The position numbers were made by a program, and so were the translations under genes. From Acidimicrobiia bacterium (GTDB lineage: Bacteria; Actinomycetota; Acidimicrobiia; Spongiisociales; ZC4RG35), in the NCBI GenBank assembly GCA_040880725.1, contig JBBDHV010000031.1, positions 9,652 through 73,651 of the forward strand: 64,000 nucleotides of DNA, read 5' to 3'. Of the stretch, positions 44,632 to 55,020 are shown one piece after another. Under the pieces are notes generated by a model, which saw only the letters and a list, made by a program, of their open reading frames with translations, ran no database searches and was not told the origin of the DNA. Each line of letters opens with the position of its first letter. The stretch's first letter is position 1.

Positions 44632-47214
44632 TGGACCTCCCCTCGGCCACCTATCGCCTGCAACTCGATCCGGCGCAGATGGATCTCGCCGCAGCCGCCG
44701 AGCTGGTTCCCTACCTGGACCAACTGGGTGTCTCCCATGTGTACGTGTCCCCCCTCCTCCGGTCCCGCCCCGGCAGCCCGCACGGTTACGACACGGTTGA
44801 TCCCGGTCTCATCGACCCCCAGCTGGGAGGTCGGACCGGACTCGACCGGATGGTGACCGCACTTCACGACCACGGCATGCGGCTGATTCTGGATGTCGTC
44901 CCCAACCACATGGCGATCGGACAGCACAATCCCTGGTGGATGGACGTCCTGGAGAACGGCCCGAAGGCGGACCACTCGGGTCACTTCGATCTGTTCTGGG
45001 ATGACGACGGGCTGTCTCTCCCGCTGCTCGGACGACCGTACGTCGAAGCCCTCGATGCCGGGGAGCTCACGATCGGGATCGAAGGCGGGGCCGTTCGGGT
45101 GGCGTACTGGGACGAGCGATTCCCCCTCTCGGCTGAATCACTGCGAAGCGCCGGGCTCGACGCGGCGGATCCTGAGATCCATGCGCGGATCGCCGCGATC
45201 AACGCCGATCACAGACGCATTGCATCGGCTTCTCGATGACCAGCACTACCGGCTCGTGTGGTGGCAACTCTCCCGCGAGCGCCTGGGACATCGAAGATTC
45301 TTCACCATCAACGAGCTGGTCGGTGTCCGTCAGGAGCACACCCGTGTGTTCGACGACACCCATCGTCTCGTGATCGAACTCGTACGGTCGGGAGCCGTGG
45401 ACGGTCTACGTGTCGACCATGTCGACGGTCTGCGTGATCCGCTCGGGTACCTGGAGAGGCTGCAGGAAGCGACCGGGGGCGATACCTACGTCGTCGTCGA
45501 GAAGATCTTGGCGCCCGACGAAGGGCTCCCCGAGTCGTGGCCGGTGGCGGGAACGACCGGTTATGAGTATCTCACGGCCTCGGCCAAGACGTTCGTGGAT
45601 CCGTCTGGCCTCGAAGTGCTCGCCGCCCACTACCGCGATGTCACAGGTGGCTCCCTGGACTTCGACGCCTTGGTGCGTGAACAGAAACGGTTCATCATCC
45701 ATGAGCGCCTCGGCCCCGAAACTACCAGATACGCCGCCGCGCTGGAGGATCTCGCGCGCCGAGACCGCATCGCACGGGACGTGCTGCCGTCAGAATTGAT
45801 CGCTGGAGCGATCGACGTTCTCGCCGCGCTTGGCGTGTATCGCACCTACTCCCGACACGGGTCGGTTTCCGAAATCGATCGCGCCATTGTGGGTGCGGCG
45901 ATCGGGACCGCCAGAGCGCTGGCACCCGACCGGGACCCGCGGGTGTGGGATTTCCTCCGCGAGGTGCTGTTGCTCGACCACGGACCGGACCTGGAAGAGT
46001 CCGAGTTGATTGCGCGAGTCGATTTTGTGGAACGGGCCCAGCAGTTCACAGGGGCCGTCATGGCCAAGGGGGTCGAGGACACTGCCTTCTATCAGTTCAA
46101 CGTGCTCGTTTCGTTGAACGAGGTGGGGGCGCACCCGCTGCCACTTCCGGATGATCCGATTGCCGCCTATCACGACCACAACGACCGTGTCGCCCGGTCC
46201 TGGCCCGCCACGATGACCACCATGTCGACGCACGACACCAAGCGCTCGGAGGACGTACGGGCCCGGATCTCAGCCATCAGCCAGGATGCCGCGAGCTGGG
46301 TGGGACGTGTCGAGGAATGGCACGAGCGTCATCGGCGGCATCGCGTCGTTCCGATGGTTCCCACCCGGAACGAAGAGCTCCTCGTGTATCAGACGGTCGT
46401 CGGGGCGTGGCCGCTGCTGGGCGACGACGACTTCGGGCGCCGGGTCGCCGAATATTTCGTGAAGGCGGCGCGGGAAGCGAAGGTGCACACCGCCTGGCTG
46501 GAACCCGACGAGGAACACGAGGCGGCGCTCACCGGGTTCGTCTCACGATTGCTGGGTGACGAGGAGTTTGTCGCGGACCTCGAGACTTTCGCCGACCCTT
46601 TGTGGAGAGCGGGCGCGCTCGACTCGATCGCCCAATTCGTGCTGCGGGTGTGCGCACCGGGTGTGCCCGACATCTACCGGGGTCAGGAGCTGTGGGATCT
46701 CTCTCTCACCGACCCGGACAATCGTCGTCCCGTGGATTGGGATCTGCGGCGACGTCACCTCGCCGAGCTGGATGACCGATGGGGGGAAGCAGGTCTGTTC
46801 CGCTCCCTTGCCGAGACGTGGCAGGACGGAAGAATCAAACTCGCCGTGACCGCGATCGGGCTGCGGCTGCGCCGGCGTCATCCTGCCCTTTTCGCGGATG
46901 GCGCCTACATTCCGCTGGAGGTGCACGGTGACCGTGACGAGTGCGTGATCGCTTTCGCCCGCCGGCTCGGCGAGCAGTGGGTGGCGGTGGTCGCTCCGCG
47001 ATTGACACAGCACCTGGAGAGCACCGGGCTGTGGCCGACGGAGGGCTGGGAGTCCACCGAGGTGATACTCCGGGAGGGTGCTCCGGTGAACTGGACCGAT
47101 CAGATGACGGGTCACCAGCGCACCTGGCAGGGACGGATGTCCCTCGCCCGGATCTTCGCGGAAACGCCGGTGGGCCTTTTCGCGACCAGCGAGGAGGACA
47201 GGAACGAGAGATGA
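44631..47214 (+). pseudogene. treY: Malto-oligosyltrehalose synthase TreY, interrupted by a 1-nt frameshift near 45213 (or a sequencing error)
   Basis: ORF 44631..45239 carries the TreY N-terminus (ATYRLQL..., DVVPNHMA). ORF 44893..47214 is in the +1 frame and continues DALHRLLDDQHYRLVWW...GLRVDHVDGL. The junction reads gat cac A gac gca ttg. Confidence 0.75.
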
Positions 47215-49196
47215 CAGGCTTCACGGACATCGAACCCACCACGCGCAGGGTGGTCATCGAGAACATCGCTCCCACTGTCGACTGTGGTCGCTTCCCGGCC
47301 AAGCGGATAGTCGGCGACGAGGTCACGGTTGAAGCGGATGTCTTCGCGGACGGACACGACCACGTCGCCGCCGTCATCGAGTTCCGCGCGGGCGCCGGAG
47401 AGTGGCGGATCGCCCCGATGTCCCAGACGGTCATGGACCGGCTGCAGGGTTCGTTCCGTACGGACGAAGTCGGTGGGTATGAGTTTCGGGTTCGTGGTTG
47501 GATCGATCACTTCGACACGTGGCGAGATGGCCTCGAGAAGAAGGACGGGGTCGGTCAGGACGTGTCGGTCGATCTCCAGATCGGTGCCGAGCTAGTGGAT
47601 GCGGCCGCCAGCCGCGCCGAGGGAGCGGCGTCCACGACTCTGACGTCGTTCTCGTCCCGAATCCGCCAGGCCGGTTCCACGCAGCCCGAACGGGTCGCCG
47701 CCGCACTCGACCCGGATCTCGCAGCGCTGATGTCGGAGTGGGGTGACAGAACCCGCAGCACCGTGAGCGACGCCTACCCCATACGTGTCGATCGGCAACG
47801 GGCGAGGTTTTCGTCCTGGTATGAACTCTTTCCGCGTTCCTGGGGCCCGACGGGGGAGCACGGTACGTTCGCACACGTCACCGCGAAACTGCCGTATGTC
47901 GCCGAGATGGGCTTCGACGTGCTGTACCTGCCGCCCATCCATCCGATCGGGACGACCAAGCGCAAAGGGCCGAACAACTCCCTCGACGTCGATCCCGATG
48001 ATCCAGGCGTCCCGTGGGCGGTGGGTTCATCGGAAGGCGGGCACCTCGCCATTCACCCGGAGTTGGGCACCCTGGCCGACTTTCAGACACTGCGCGCCGA
48101 GGCGAAGAGCCTCGGCATCGAGTTGGCAATGGACGTCGCATTCCAGTGCTCTCCCGATCACCCCTGGGTGTCGGAGCATCCCGAATGGTTCAAACATCGT
48201 CCCGACGGCTCGATCCAGTACGCCGAGAACCCCCCAAAGCGATATGAGGACATCTATCCGATCGACTTCGAGACGTCCGACCCGCAGGGGTTGTGGGCTG
48301 CCCTCCGCGACGTGTTTCTGTACTGGAGTGACCAAGGAGTCGAGATCTTCCGCGTGGACAATCCGCACACCAAGGCGTTCCCGTTCTGGGAGTGGGTGAT
48401 CGCCGAGGTGTCCGCGCGGCACCCGAACGCGATCTTTCTCGCCGAGGCCTTCACCCGTCCCACTGTGATGCACCGCCTGGCGAAGCTGGGGTTCACGCAG
48501 TCCTACACCTACTTCACCTGGCGCAACACGGTCTGGGAGTTGCAGTCCTATGTGGAGGACCTGTTGGCGGTGGCGGACGTTCTCCGGCCGAACTTCTGGC
48601 CCAACACGCCCGACATCCTCTCCGAGTACCTCCAGACGGGCGGACGACCGGCGTTCGTCACCCGAGTGATCCTCGCCGCCACCTTGTCGTCGAATTACGG
48701 CATCTACGGACCCGAATTCGAGTTGATGGGAAGCATTCCCCGTTCGGCGGGCTCGGAGGAGTATCGAGATTCGGAGAAGTACCAGATTCGGGAATGGGAT
48801 CTGGAACGTCCCGAGTCGCTCGCGCCCCTGATCGGGCGACTGAACCAGATCCGCCGGAGCCATCCCGCGCTGCAGCGGAGCGACAACATCAGATTCCACC
48901 AGACCGACAACCCTGAGATTCTGTGCTTCTCGAAGGAGTGGAAAGACGATCTCGTCCTCGTCGTCGTCAATCTCGATCCTCATCACACCCAGTCCGGACA
49001 TGTCGAGATTCCCGTCGACGAGTTCGGCATCGATGAACACCACTCGTTCCAAGTACATGACGAGTTGGTCGCCCGTCGGTACCTGTGGAACGAGCGATGG
49101 AACTACGTCGAGCTCGATCCCGAGGGAATTCCCGCCCACGTGTTCGCGATTCGCCGTCTGGCACGGACCGAACACGACTTCGACTACTACCTCTGA
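47211..49196 (+). CDS. glgE: Alpha-1,4-glucan:maltose-1-phosphate maltosyltransferase
   Basis: ATGA overlap with the treY stop. IENIAPTVDCGRFPAKR N-terminus. FRVDNPHTK, GH13_3 collinearity. Confidence 0.9.
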   Translation: MTGFTDIEPTTRRVVIENIAPTVDCGRFPAKRIVGDEVTVEADVFADGHDHVAAVIEFRAGAGEWRIAPMSQTVMDRLQGSFRTDEVGGYEFRVRGWIDHFDTWRDGLEKKDGVGQDVSVDLQIGAELVDAAASRAEGAASTTLTSFSSRIRQAGSTQPERVAAALDPDLAALMSEWGDRTRSTVSDAYPIRVDRQRARFSSWYELFPRSWGPTGEHGTFAHVTAKLPYVAEMGFDVLYLPPIHPIGTTKRKGPNNSLDVDPDDPGVPWAVGSSEGGHLAIHPELGTLADFQTLRAEAKSLGIELAMDVAFQCSPDHPWVSEHPEWFKHRPDGSIQYAENPPKRYEDIYPIDFETSDPQGLWAALRDVFLYWSDQGVEIFRVDNPHTKAFPFWEWVIAEVSARHPNAIFLAEAFTRPTVMHRLAKLGFTQSYTYFTWRNTVWELQSYVEDLLAVADVLRPNFWPNTPDILSEYLQTGGRPAFVTRVILAATLSSNYGIYGPEFELMGSIPRSAGSEEYRDSEKYQIREWDLERPESLAPLIGRLNQIRRSHPALQRSDNIRFHQTDNPEILCFSKEWKDDLVLVVVNLDPHHTQSGHVEIPVDEFGIDEHHSFQVHDELVARRYLWNERWNYVELDPEGIPAHVFAIRRLARTEHDFDYYL

Positions 49197-49205
49197 GGAA
49201 CCGAC

Positions 49206-52200
49206 ATGAACGAGAAGTGGTACGAGAGTGCCGTCATCTACGAGCTGCACGTCCGGGCGTTCCACGACTCCAACGACGACGGGATCGGTGATTTTCGCGG
49301 TCTGACCGCAAAGCTCGACTACCTGTCCGAGCTGGGGGTCACCGCCGTCTGGCTGCTCCCGTTCTACCCCTCTCCGCTCCGGGACGACGGGTACGACATC
49401 GCCGATTACCGATCCATCAACCCGTCCTACGGGACGATGCGGGATTTTCGACGCTTTCTCGACGAAGCCCACCGGCGGGACCTCAAGGTCATAACGGAGT
49501 TGGTCATCAACCACACCTCGGATCAACACCCTTGGTTCCAAAGGGCGCGCCGGGCGGCCCCGGGGTCCCAGGAGCGTGACTTCTACGTGTGGTCGGACAC
49601 CCCCGACCTCTACGCGGACGCCCGCATCATCTTTCAGGACACCGAGACCTCGAACTGGGCCTGGGATCCGGTGGCGAAGGCGTACTACTGGCATCGGTTC
49701 TTCTCCCATCAGCCGGATCTCAACTTCGAGAGCGAAGCCGTGCAGCAGGCGGTCTTCGACGCACTGGACTTCTGGCTGGAGATGGGGGTCGATGGCCTCC
49801 GCCTGGACGCAGTGCCCTACCTGTACGAGTCCGACGGGACCATGTGCGAGAACCTCCCCGAGACACATGCCTTTCTCAAGCGGTTGCGTTCCCACGTCGA
49901 TGCCAACTTCGACGATCGGATGCTGCTCGCGGAGGCCAATCAGTGGCCGGAGGTTTCTGTCGAGTATTTCGGAGACGGCGACGAATGCCACATGAGCTTT
50001 CACTTCCCCCTGATGCCCCGGCTCTTCATGTCGGTGAAGATGGAGAACAACTTCCCCGTCATCGACATCATGGATCAGACTCCGGACCTGCCGGAGGGGT
50101 CGGCATGGGCCATTTTCCTCAGAAACCACGACGAGCTAACGCTCGAGATGGTGACCGATGAGGAACGTGACTACATGTATCGCATGTATGCCTCGGACGA
50201 GCAGGCGAGGATCAACGTCGGAATCCGGCGCAGGCTGGCGCCGTTGCTGGGCAACAACCGGCGCACCATCGAGTTGCTCAATGCGGTGTTGTTCTCGCTT
50301 CCCGGCACCCCGGTGGTCTATTACGGGGATGAGATCGGGATGGGCGACAACATCTACCTCGGTGATCGCAACGGGGTGAGGACCCCGATGCAATGGACGG
50401 GTGATCGCAATGCCGGGTTTTCACGGGCGAATCCGCAGCGGCTGTATTTCCCGGTGATCACGGACCCTGAGTACCACTACGAGGCGATCAACGTCGAAAC
50501 CCAGCAGGCGAATCCGAATTCACTGTGGTGGTGGATGCGACGGATGATCGCCCAGCGCAAGAACCTGCCCCCCCTGTCGAGCGGCACTCTTGTGTTCCTC
50601 CAGCCGGAGAACGCCAAAGTGCTGGCCTTCGAGCGTTCGCTGGAAGACGAGTCGGTCTTGGTCGTGGCCAATCTCTCCCGGCACGTGCAGTCCGTGGAAC
50701 TCGACCTTTCCCACCACGGGGGCTCGCGACCGGTCGAGGTTTTTGGACGGACGCCGTTCCCCAGGGTTGGTGAGCTTCCCTATCTCCTGACGCTCGGTCC
50801 TCACGAGTTCTACTGGTTCAGATTCGAACGAGCCTCCGACGTCTCCGAGAATGGAGACCGGTACCCCCGGATCCGCTTGCGGACCGGGGACGCAGACGTC
50901 TTTCGAGCCCGCGCGCAGTTGGGCCGGGCGCTCGTCTCGGATTTGCCGCACCGTCGCTGGTTCCGATCCAAGGCGAGCACCATCACAGCAGTCGACGTGG
51001 TCGATGTGCTCACGTTCGAGGGGACGGATGTGCGAACCATCGTCGCCGAGGTCCATTTCGCGGAGCGCGAGTCGGAGACCTATGTCGTGCCTGTAGAGCT
51101 GATCGGAGCCGAACGAGGCGCCCACGTTCGCGAGCACGAGCCGCACCGGCTCTTGGCCACGGTCAGTGGAACCGGAGACGACGCCGCATTGATCCACGCC
51201 ATCGACGACCCCGATTTCGGACGTGCGCTGGTTGCCGCGATGACCGGGCGAACCCGCCGAGTCGGGTCTCGTTCAGAGGTCAAGAGCGCGGGCGTCGCCA
51301 AGCGTTCGCGCGTCAAGGTCGACCCCGCGGGGTCGGTCCGGACGCTGGGAGTCGAACAGTCCAACACCTCCATCGTCCTTGGCGAGGAGGTGATCCTCAA
51401 AGTGTTCCGCAAGCTGGAACAGGGCCAGAACCCCGAGGTGGAGCTGGGTCGGTTTCTCACGGAGCGAACCAACTTCACCCACACGCCGGCCACACTCGGA
51501 GTTCTCAACTGGATCCAGGACGGCGAGGAGTCCGCATTCGGTTTCCTGCAGGAATACGTTGCGAACCAGGGCGACGCCTGGGCGCACACCGTCGACCAGA
51601 TGGCACTGTTCATCGAGCAAGTGATCACGTCCCGCGCCCAGAATCGTCCGCCGACTCAGAGTCTCCATCCGTTGGACCTGATCTCCGCAGAGCCGGACGA
51701 TGAACTGCTCGGGATGTTCGGCACTGCGGTGCTGGAGGCCGGGCTGCTTGGTCGACGGACCGCCCAGATGCACATCGCGTTGGGCTCCGACCATGAGGAT
51801 CCCGCGTTCGCCCCCGAGCCAATGACCACTCTTTATCAGCGCTCGCTCTACCAGGCGATGCGGACCGGCGTCCGTCAGAGCTTTCAACTCCTGCGGCGCC
51901 GCAGGAGGTCACTCGAAGGGCGCGCCGCCGATCTCGCCGAGATCGTACTCGAGCGGGAAAAGGAGCTTCTCGATCGGCTCTCCGCCGTGTCCTTGGGGAA
52001 ACTGGACGCGATTCGGACGCGGATTCACGGCGACTATCACCTCGGTCAGGTGCTCTTCACCGGCAACGACTTCTTGATCATTGATTTCGAGGGAGAGCCG
52101 GCGAGGCCCGTATCGGAACGACGGATCAAACGCTCGCCGCTGCGGGACGTGGCCGGAATGATCCGCTCGTATCACTATGCCTCCAACGCCGGGGTGTTGA

Positions 52201-52484
52201 AGGCAGAGGAGCAAGGGCTCGTTGACCTCGGTTCCGAGCAGGCGGAACGGATCAGACGTTGGTCCCGGGTGTGGTTCGGCCGGGTGTCAGCGGGGTTCGT
52301 GAGCGGTTACCTCGCCGAAGTCGAGGGCACCCAAGTGATCCCGACCGACCCCAGACAGCTGCGCACTCTGCTCGACGCCTACCTCCTCGAAAAGGTCGTC
52401 TACGAGCTCGGATACGAGTTGGACAATCGCCCCGATTGGATAGGGGTTGCCTTGGATGGTGTGCTTCTCCACCTGGACTCCTGA
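49206..52484 (+). CDS. treS: Trehalose synthase fused to maltokinase (TreS-Pep2)
   Basis: 1092 aa. N-terminal GH13 TreS ([28 protein letters not shown]). C-terminal aminoglycoside-phosphotransferase-like maltokinase (IHGDYHLGQVLF...IIDFEGEP). Confidence 0.9.
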   Translation: MNEKWYESAVIYELHVRAFHDSNDDGIGDFRGLTAKLDYLSELGVTAVWLLPFYPSPLRDDGYDIADYRSINPSYGTMRDFRRFLDEAHRRDLKVITELVINHTSDQHPWFQRARRAAPGSQERDFYVWSDTPDLYADARIIFQDTETSNWAWDPVAKAYYWHRFFSHQPDLNFESEAVQQAVFDALDFWLEMGVDGLRLDAVPYLYESDGTMCENLPETHAFLKRLRSHVDANFDDRMLLAEANQWPEVSVEYFGDGDECHMSFHFPLMPRLFMSVKMENNFPVIDIMDQTPDLPEGSAWAIFLRNHDELTLEMVTDEERDYMYRMYASDEQARINVGIRRRLAPLLGNNRRTIELLNAVLFSLPGTPVVYYGDEIGMGDNIYLGDRNGVRTPMQWTGDRNAGFSRANPQRLYFPVITDPEYHYEAINVETQQANPNSLWWWMRRMIAQRKNLPPLSSGTLVFLQPENAKVLAFERSLEDESVLVVANLSRHVQSVELDLSHHGGSRPVEVFGRTPFPRVGELPYLLTLGPHEFYWFRFERASDVSENGDRYPRIRLRTGDADVFRARAQLGRALVSDLPHRRWFRSKASTITAVDVVDVLTFEGTDVRTIVAEVHFAERESETYVVPVELIGAERGAHVREHEPHRLLATVSGTGDDAALIHAIDDPDFGRALVAAMTGRTRRVGSRSEVKSAGVAKRSRVKVDPAGSVRTLGVEQSNTSIVLGEEVILKVFRKLEQGQNPEVELGRFLTERTNFTHTPATLGVLNWIQDGEESAFGFLQEYVANQGDAWAHTVDQMALFIEQVITSRAQNRPPTQSLHPLDLISAEPDDELLGMFGTAVLEAGLLGRRTAQMHIALGSDHEDPAFAPEPMTTLYQRSLYQAMRTGVRQSFQLLRRRRRSLEGRAADLAEIVLEREKELLDRLSAVSLGKLDAIRTRIHGDYHLGQVLFTGNDFLIIDFEGEPARPVSERRIKRSPLRDVAGMIRSYHYASNAGVLKAEEQGLVDLGSEQAERIRRWSRVWFGRVSAGFVSGYLAEVEGTQVIPTDPRQLRTLLDAYLLEKVVYELGYELDNRPDWIGVALDGVLLHLDS

Positions 52485-52578
52485 CGTGCGGGCCTGACGA
52501 CAGCGCTCCTCAATTTGGCGGTTTCGGCCCTGTCCCACCAGGGTATGTGCACGATTCGCGACCCACAAAGGACGGGAT

Positions 52579-52851
52579 GTGACAACGGTCGATCGACAGA
52601 CGCAACGGAAACTGGACCGCCTGCGCGAGACAGAGTCACGATGGCTGCAGAAGGCCGCGTTCGCACTCGGCAAGACCCGGGAAGCGCGCGAGAAGCTCTC
52701 CGACGCCCTCGCGGAGCAACTCGACCCCGTGGTCACACTCGATGACGGCACCACCGTGTCCCTCGACGAGGTCGAAGAAAAGCTTCGCGAACGCGTCGAG
52801 ACGCTCCGCTCTGGCTTGGGCGAGGGCAACTTCCGCTTCGGTCCCAGCTGA
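52579..52851 (+). CDS. Small charged hypothetical protein (probable coiled coil)
   Basis: 90 aa from GTG with upstream AAAGGA. No recognisable family. Confidence 0.35.
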   Translation: MTTVDRQTQRKLDRLRETESRWLQKAAFALGKTREAREKLSDALAEQLDPVVTLDDGTTVSLDEVEEKLRERVETLRSGLGEGNFRFGPS

Positions 52852-52871
52852 ACGCCGCGACCTGAACCGCG

Positions 52872-53237
52872 TCAGCCGATGGATGCCGCCAGCCGGCTTC
52901 GCAGCTGCTGGGCGGTGAATGGCTTGACGATCGAGGCGTCGGCACCCGCTCGTGCGGCCAGGAAGCGGTCAGCCTCACGGTCGAGCAGGAGCACGATCCC
53001 CATGTCGCCGGTCTCCGCGGCCAGGATCGCAGTCCGGAGCATTCGGACGACCGCCATCCCTCCCATTGACCCGATCTGCAAGTCGACGATCGCCCAGTCG
53101 AAGGACTGCTCCCGAACGAGACCTGCCGCGGCCCTGGGGTCGGACTCGACGGTCAGCGTGATGTTGGGATCCGAGAGCGACGCCTGAACGTCGTTGCGAA
53201 CCCAGTCGTCGTCGGCGACGAGGAGTATGGAGGCCAT
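52872..53237 (-). CDS. Receiver-only (CheY-like) response regulator
   Basis: MASILLVADDD..., phospho-acceptor context WAIVDLQIG, VKPF near the C-terminus. 121 aa. The ORF-track extension to 53744 is antisense to nfeD. Confidence 0.75.
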   Translation of the reverse strand: MASILLVADDDWVRNDVQASLSDPNITLTVESDPRAAAGLVREQSFDWAIVDLQIGSMGGMAVVRMLRTAILAAETGDMGIVLLLDREADRFLAARAGADASIVKPFTAQQLRSRLAASIG

Positions 53238-53307
53238 GCTCGGTACACGATAGCCCTGGGCGAGTGGGCGGTTTCCGGAGTGTCGTGTCCTTCTAACATC
53301 CCGCGAC

Positions 53308-54540
53308 GTGCGCCTCACCCGTTGCCTTCTCGTTGTGCTCGCGCTGTTCGGAGTCGCCATTCCGGCGCTCGCGCAGAGCGAACAGCAGATCGTGGAGTTC
53401 GTCGACCTGTCCGGGATCTTGGACGATCGCATGATGGAGTTCGCGATCAGCTCGATCGAGGACGCCGCCGCTCGAGGGGACACCGAAGTCGTTGTCCTGC
53501 AGCTCGACAGCCCTGGCGTGGTCGGATCCTCCGAGACGCTCTCTGATCTCGTCGAGTTGGTGGCTTCTCCGCCGCTTCCCGTCGTGACGTGGATCGGTCC
53601 TGCCCCGGCGGAGGCATTCGGCGGTGCCGGCGTCGTCGCGTTGAGCGCCGAGCTACGGCTGGCCGCGCCGGGATCCGATGTGGGACTGCTCGATCCTGCC
53701 ATCGCAGGCGGCCCACGGTCGGCGTCAGCTGACGGCCTGTTCACTCAGGTGCTGGATACCCAAGACGTCAGTGAGTTCGAAGTCTCGGTGGACACGGCCG
53801 CTCCTCGGCAGGTGGCCCAGCTCCTCGATGGGCGGACCGTTCGTGACGCCAATGGCGAGCAGGTGCTCTCCACGCTCGTGGCGATCGAGGACGGCACCAC
53901 CGTGGCGACGATCATCCGCAGCCCCGGGTGGTGGGACGGTTTCCTACGCCTTGCGTCGACTCCGGAGGCCGCCTTCTTTCTGCTGGTGGCGGGTCTCACC
54001 GTTGCCGCCTTCGAGTTCTACGCCATCGGACCCGGGATCGCCGCCGGGGTCGCCGCGGTCTGCTTGTTTCTTGCCTCCTACGGCATCGCCGTGCTGCCCG
54101 TTCGTTGGTGGGCGGTGGGTTTGACGGTGGCGTCCGCCTGGCTGCTGGCAGTTTCATATCAGCGCGGGAGCATTCTCGGCCTGAACATCGTGGGACTCGT
54201 CGGGTTGAGCATCGCCGGCTTCTCCTTCACCGACGCAGCTCCGCAGTTCTCCCCCGGGATCGGTGGGGTCCTTCTCACGATTGCGTCGGCAGCGTTCTTC
54301 TTCCTGCTGGCCATGCCGACGGTGGCGCGCAGTCGCTTCTCCACTCAGACGATTGGACGCGATCATCTCGTCGGGAGAACCGGTACGGCCGTTTCCGACT
54401 TCGGCCCCGACGGTCTTGTCGAGGTCGACGGCGCTCGCTGGCGAGCCAGTGCGCATCGTGAGGCTGGGATCCGCGTTGATGACCTGGTGGTGGTCACCGC
54501 CGTCGAAGGCTGGTACTTGGAGGTCTCACCCCCCGAGTGA
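53308..54540 (+). CDS. NfeD-family membrane-bound ClpP-class protease homolog
   Basis: Signal or TM segment, ClpP-like N-domain, 4-5 TM helices, and a C-terminal OB-like NfeD domain (GRTGTAVSDFGPDGLVEVDGARWRA...VVVTAVEG). Confidence 0.75.
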   Translation: MRLTRCLLVVLALFGVAIPALAQSEQQIVEFVDLSGILDDRMMEFAISSIEDAAARGDTEVVVLQLDSPGVVGSSETLSDLVELVASPPLPVVTWIGPAPAEAFGGAGVVALSAELRLAAPGSDVGLLDPAIAGGPRSASADGLFTQVLDTQDVSEFEVSVDTAAPRQVAQLLDGRTVRDANGEQVLSTLVAIEDGTTVATIIRSPGWWDGFLRLASTPEAAFFLLVAGLTVAAFEFYAIGPGIAAGVAAVCLFLASYGIAVLPVRWWAVGLTVASAWLLAVSYQRGSILGLNIVGLVGLSIAGFSFTDAAPQFSPGIGGVLLTIASAAFFFLLAMPTVARSRFSTQTIGRDHLVGRTGTAVSDFGPDGLVEVDGARWRASAHREAGIRVDDLVVVTAVEGWYLEVSPPE

Positions 54541-54640
54541 GAGCGCGAAAAAACCTCGCGGGTCTTCCAGAATTTCCCTGGTGAATAGTGGAAGTTCTTC
54601 CTAGGTTTCGGGTCGATCCCGGAGGCTACGAGGAGGTTTT

Positions 54641-54895
54641 GTGAAGACTGACGAGTGGCAGGAGCATGCCCTGTGCCGCGGCCATCACGCCCAACTGTTC
54701 TTTCCACCGAGCACGTTCGAACGCAAGGACGATCGTGAAAGGCGAGAAACTCGTGCAAAGGCGATCTGCAACGTGTGCCCGAGTCAAGGTCCGTGCAGCG
54801 AGTACGCCGTCACCATTCGAGAACCCTTTGGCATCTGGGGCGGGATGACCGAAGCAGATCGAAAAGCCCTCGTCGGCGGCGCCGCAGCCCGCTGA
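54641..54895 (+). CDS. whiB: WhiB-family transcriptional regulator
   Basis: Four Cys (C..CNVCPSQGPC) and GIWGGMTEADR. 84 aa. This family is largely restricted to Actinomycetota. Confidence 0.9.
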   Translation: MKTDEWQEHALCRGHHAQLFFPPSTFERKDDRERRETRAKAICNVCPSQGPCSEYAVTIREPFGIWGGMTEADRKALVGGAAAR

Positions 54896-54917
54896 CATCC
54901 CCCACTTCCCGACGCAC

Positions 54918-54938
54918 GCCGGACCCCAGCGGTCCGGC
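54918..54938. terminator. Hairpin between convergent whiB and selB
   Basis: GCCGGACC-ccagc-GGTCCGGC (8-bp stem), 23 nt after the whiB stop. No clear U-tract. Confidence 0.35.
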
Positions 54939-55020
54939 GTCTGCGCGTTCACACCTCACCTGTGCGGCGAGCATTCTTCTGTCGGACCGAGTGCCCTGCC
55001 CGGCGTCTGCGCGTCTGCCC

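Noticed and set aside
46941-47210. N-terminal extensions of ORFs in the track: glgE from 46941, selA from 58274, selB from 56904, the response regulator from 53744, apbC from 63344, thiolase from 15081, ybaB from 9418, dnaX from 7280, and the NUDIX gene from 58248.
   Set aside because: The extensions overlap the preceding gene or are compositionally non-protein-like. Family-typical N-termini with ATGA/GTGA coupling or sensible spacing were used instead.
54934-55014. 15-nt direct repeat CCGGCGTCTGCGCGT (54934-54948 and 55000-55014) near the selB 3' end; also considered as a possible tRNA-Sec location.
   Set aside because: No cloverleaf or long-variable-arm fold can be drawn. A single short GC-rich duplicate has no other support. 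The whiB/selB hairpin already explains the local structure.
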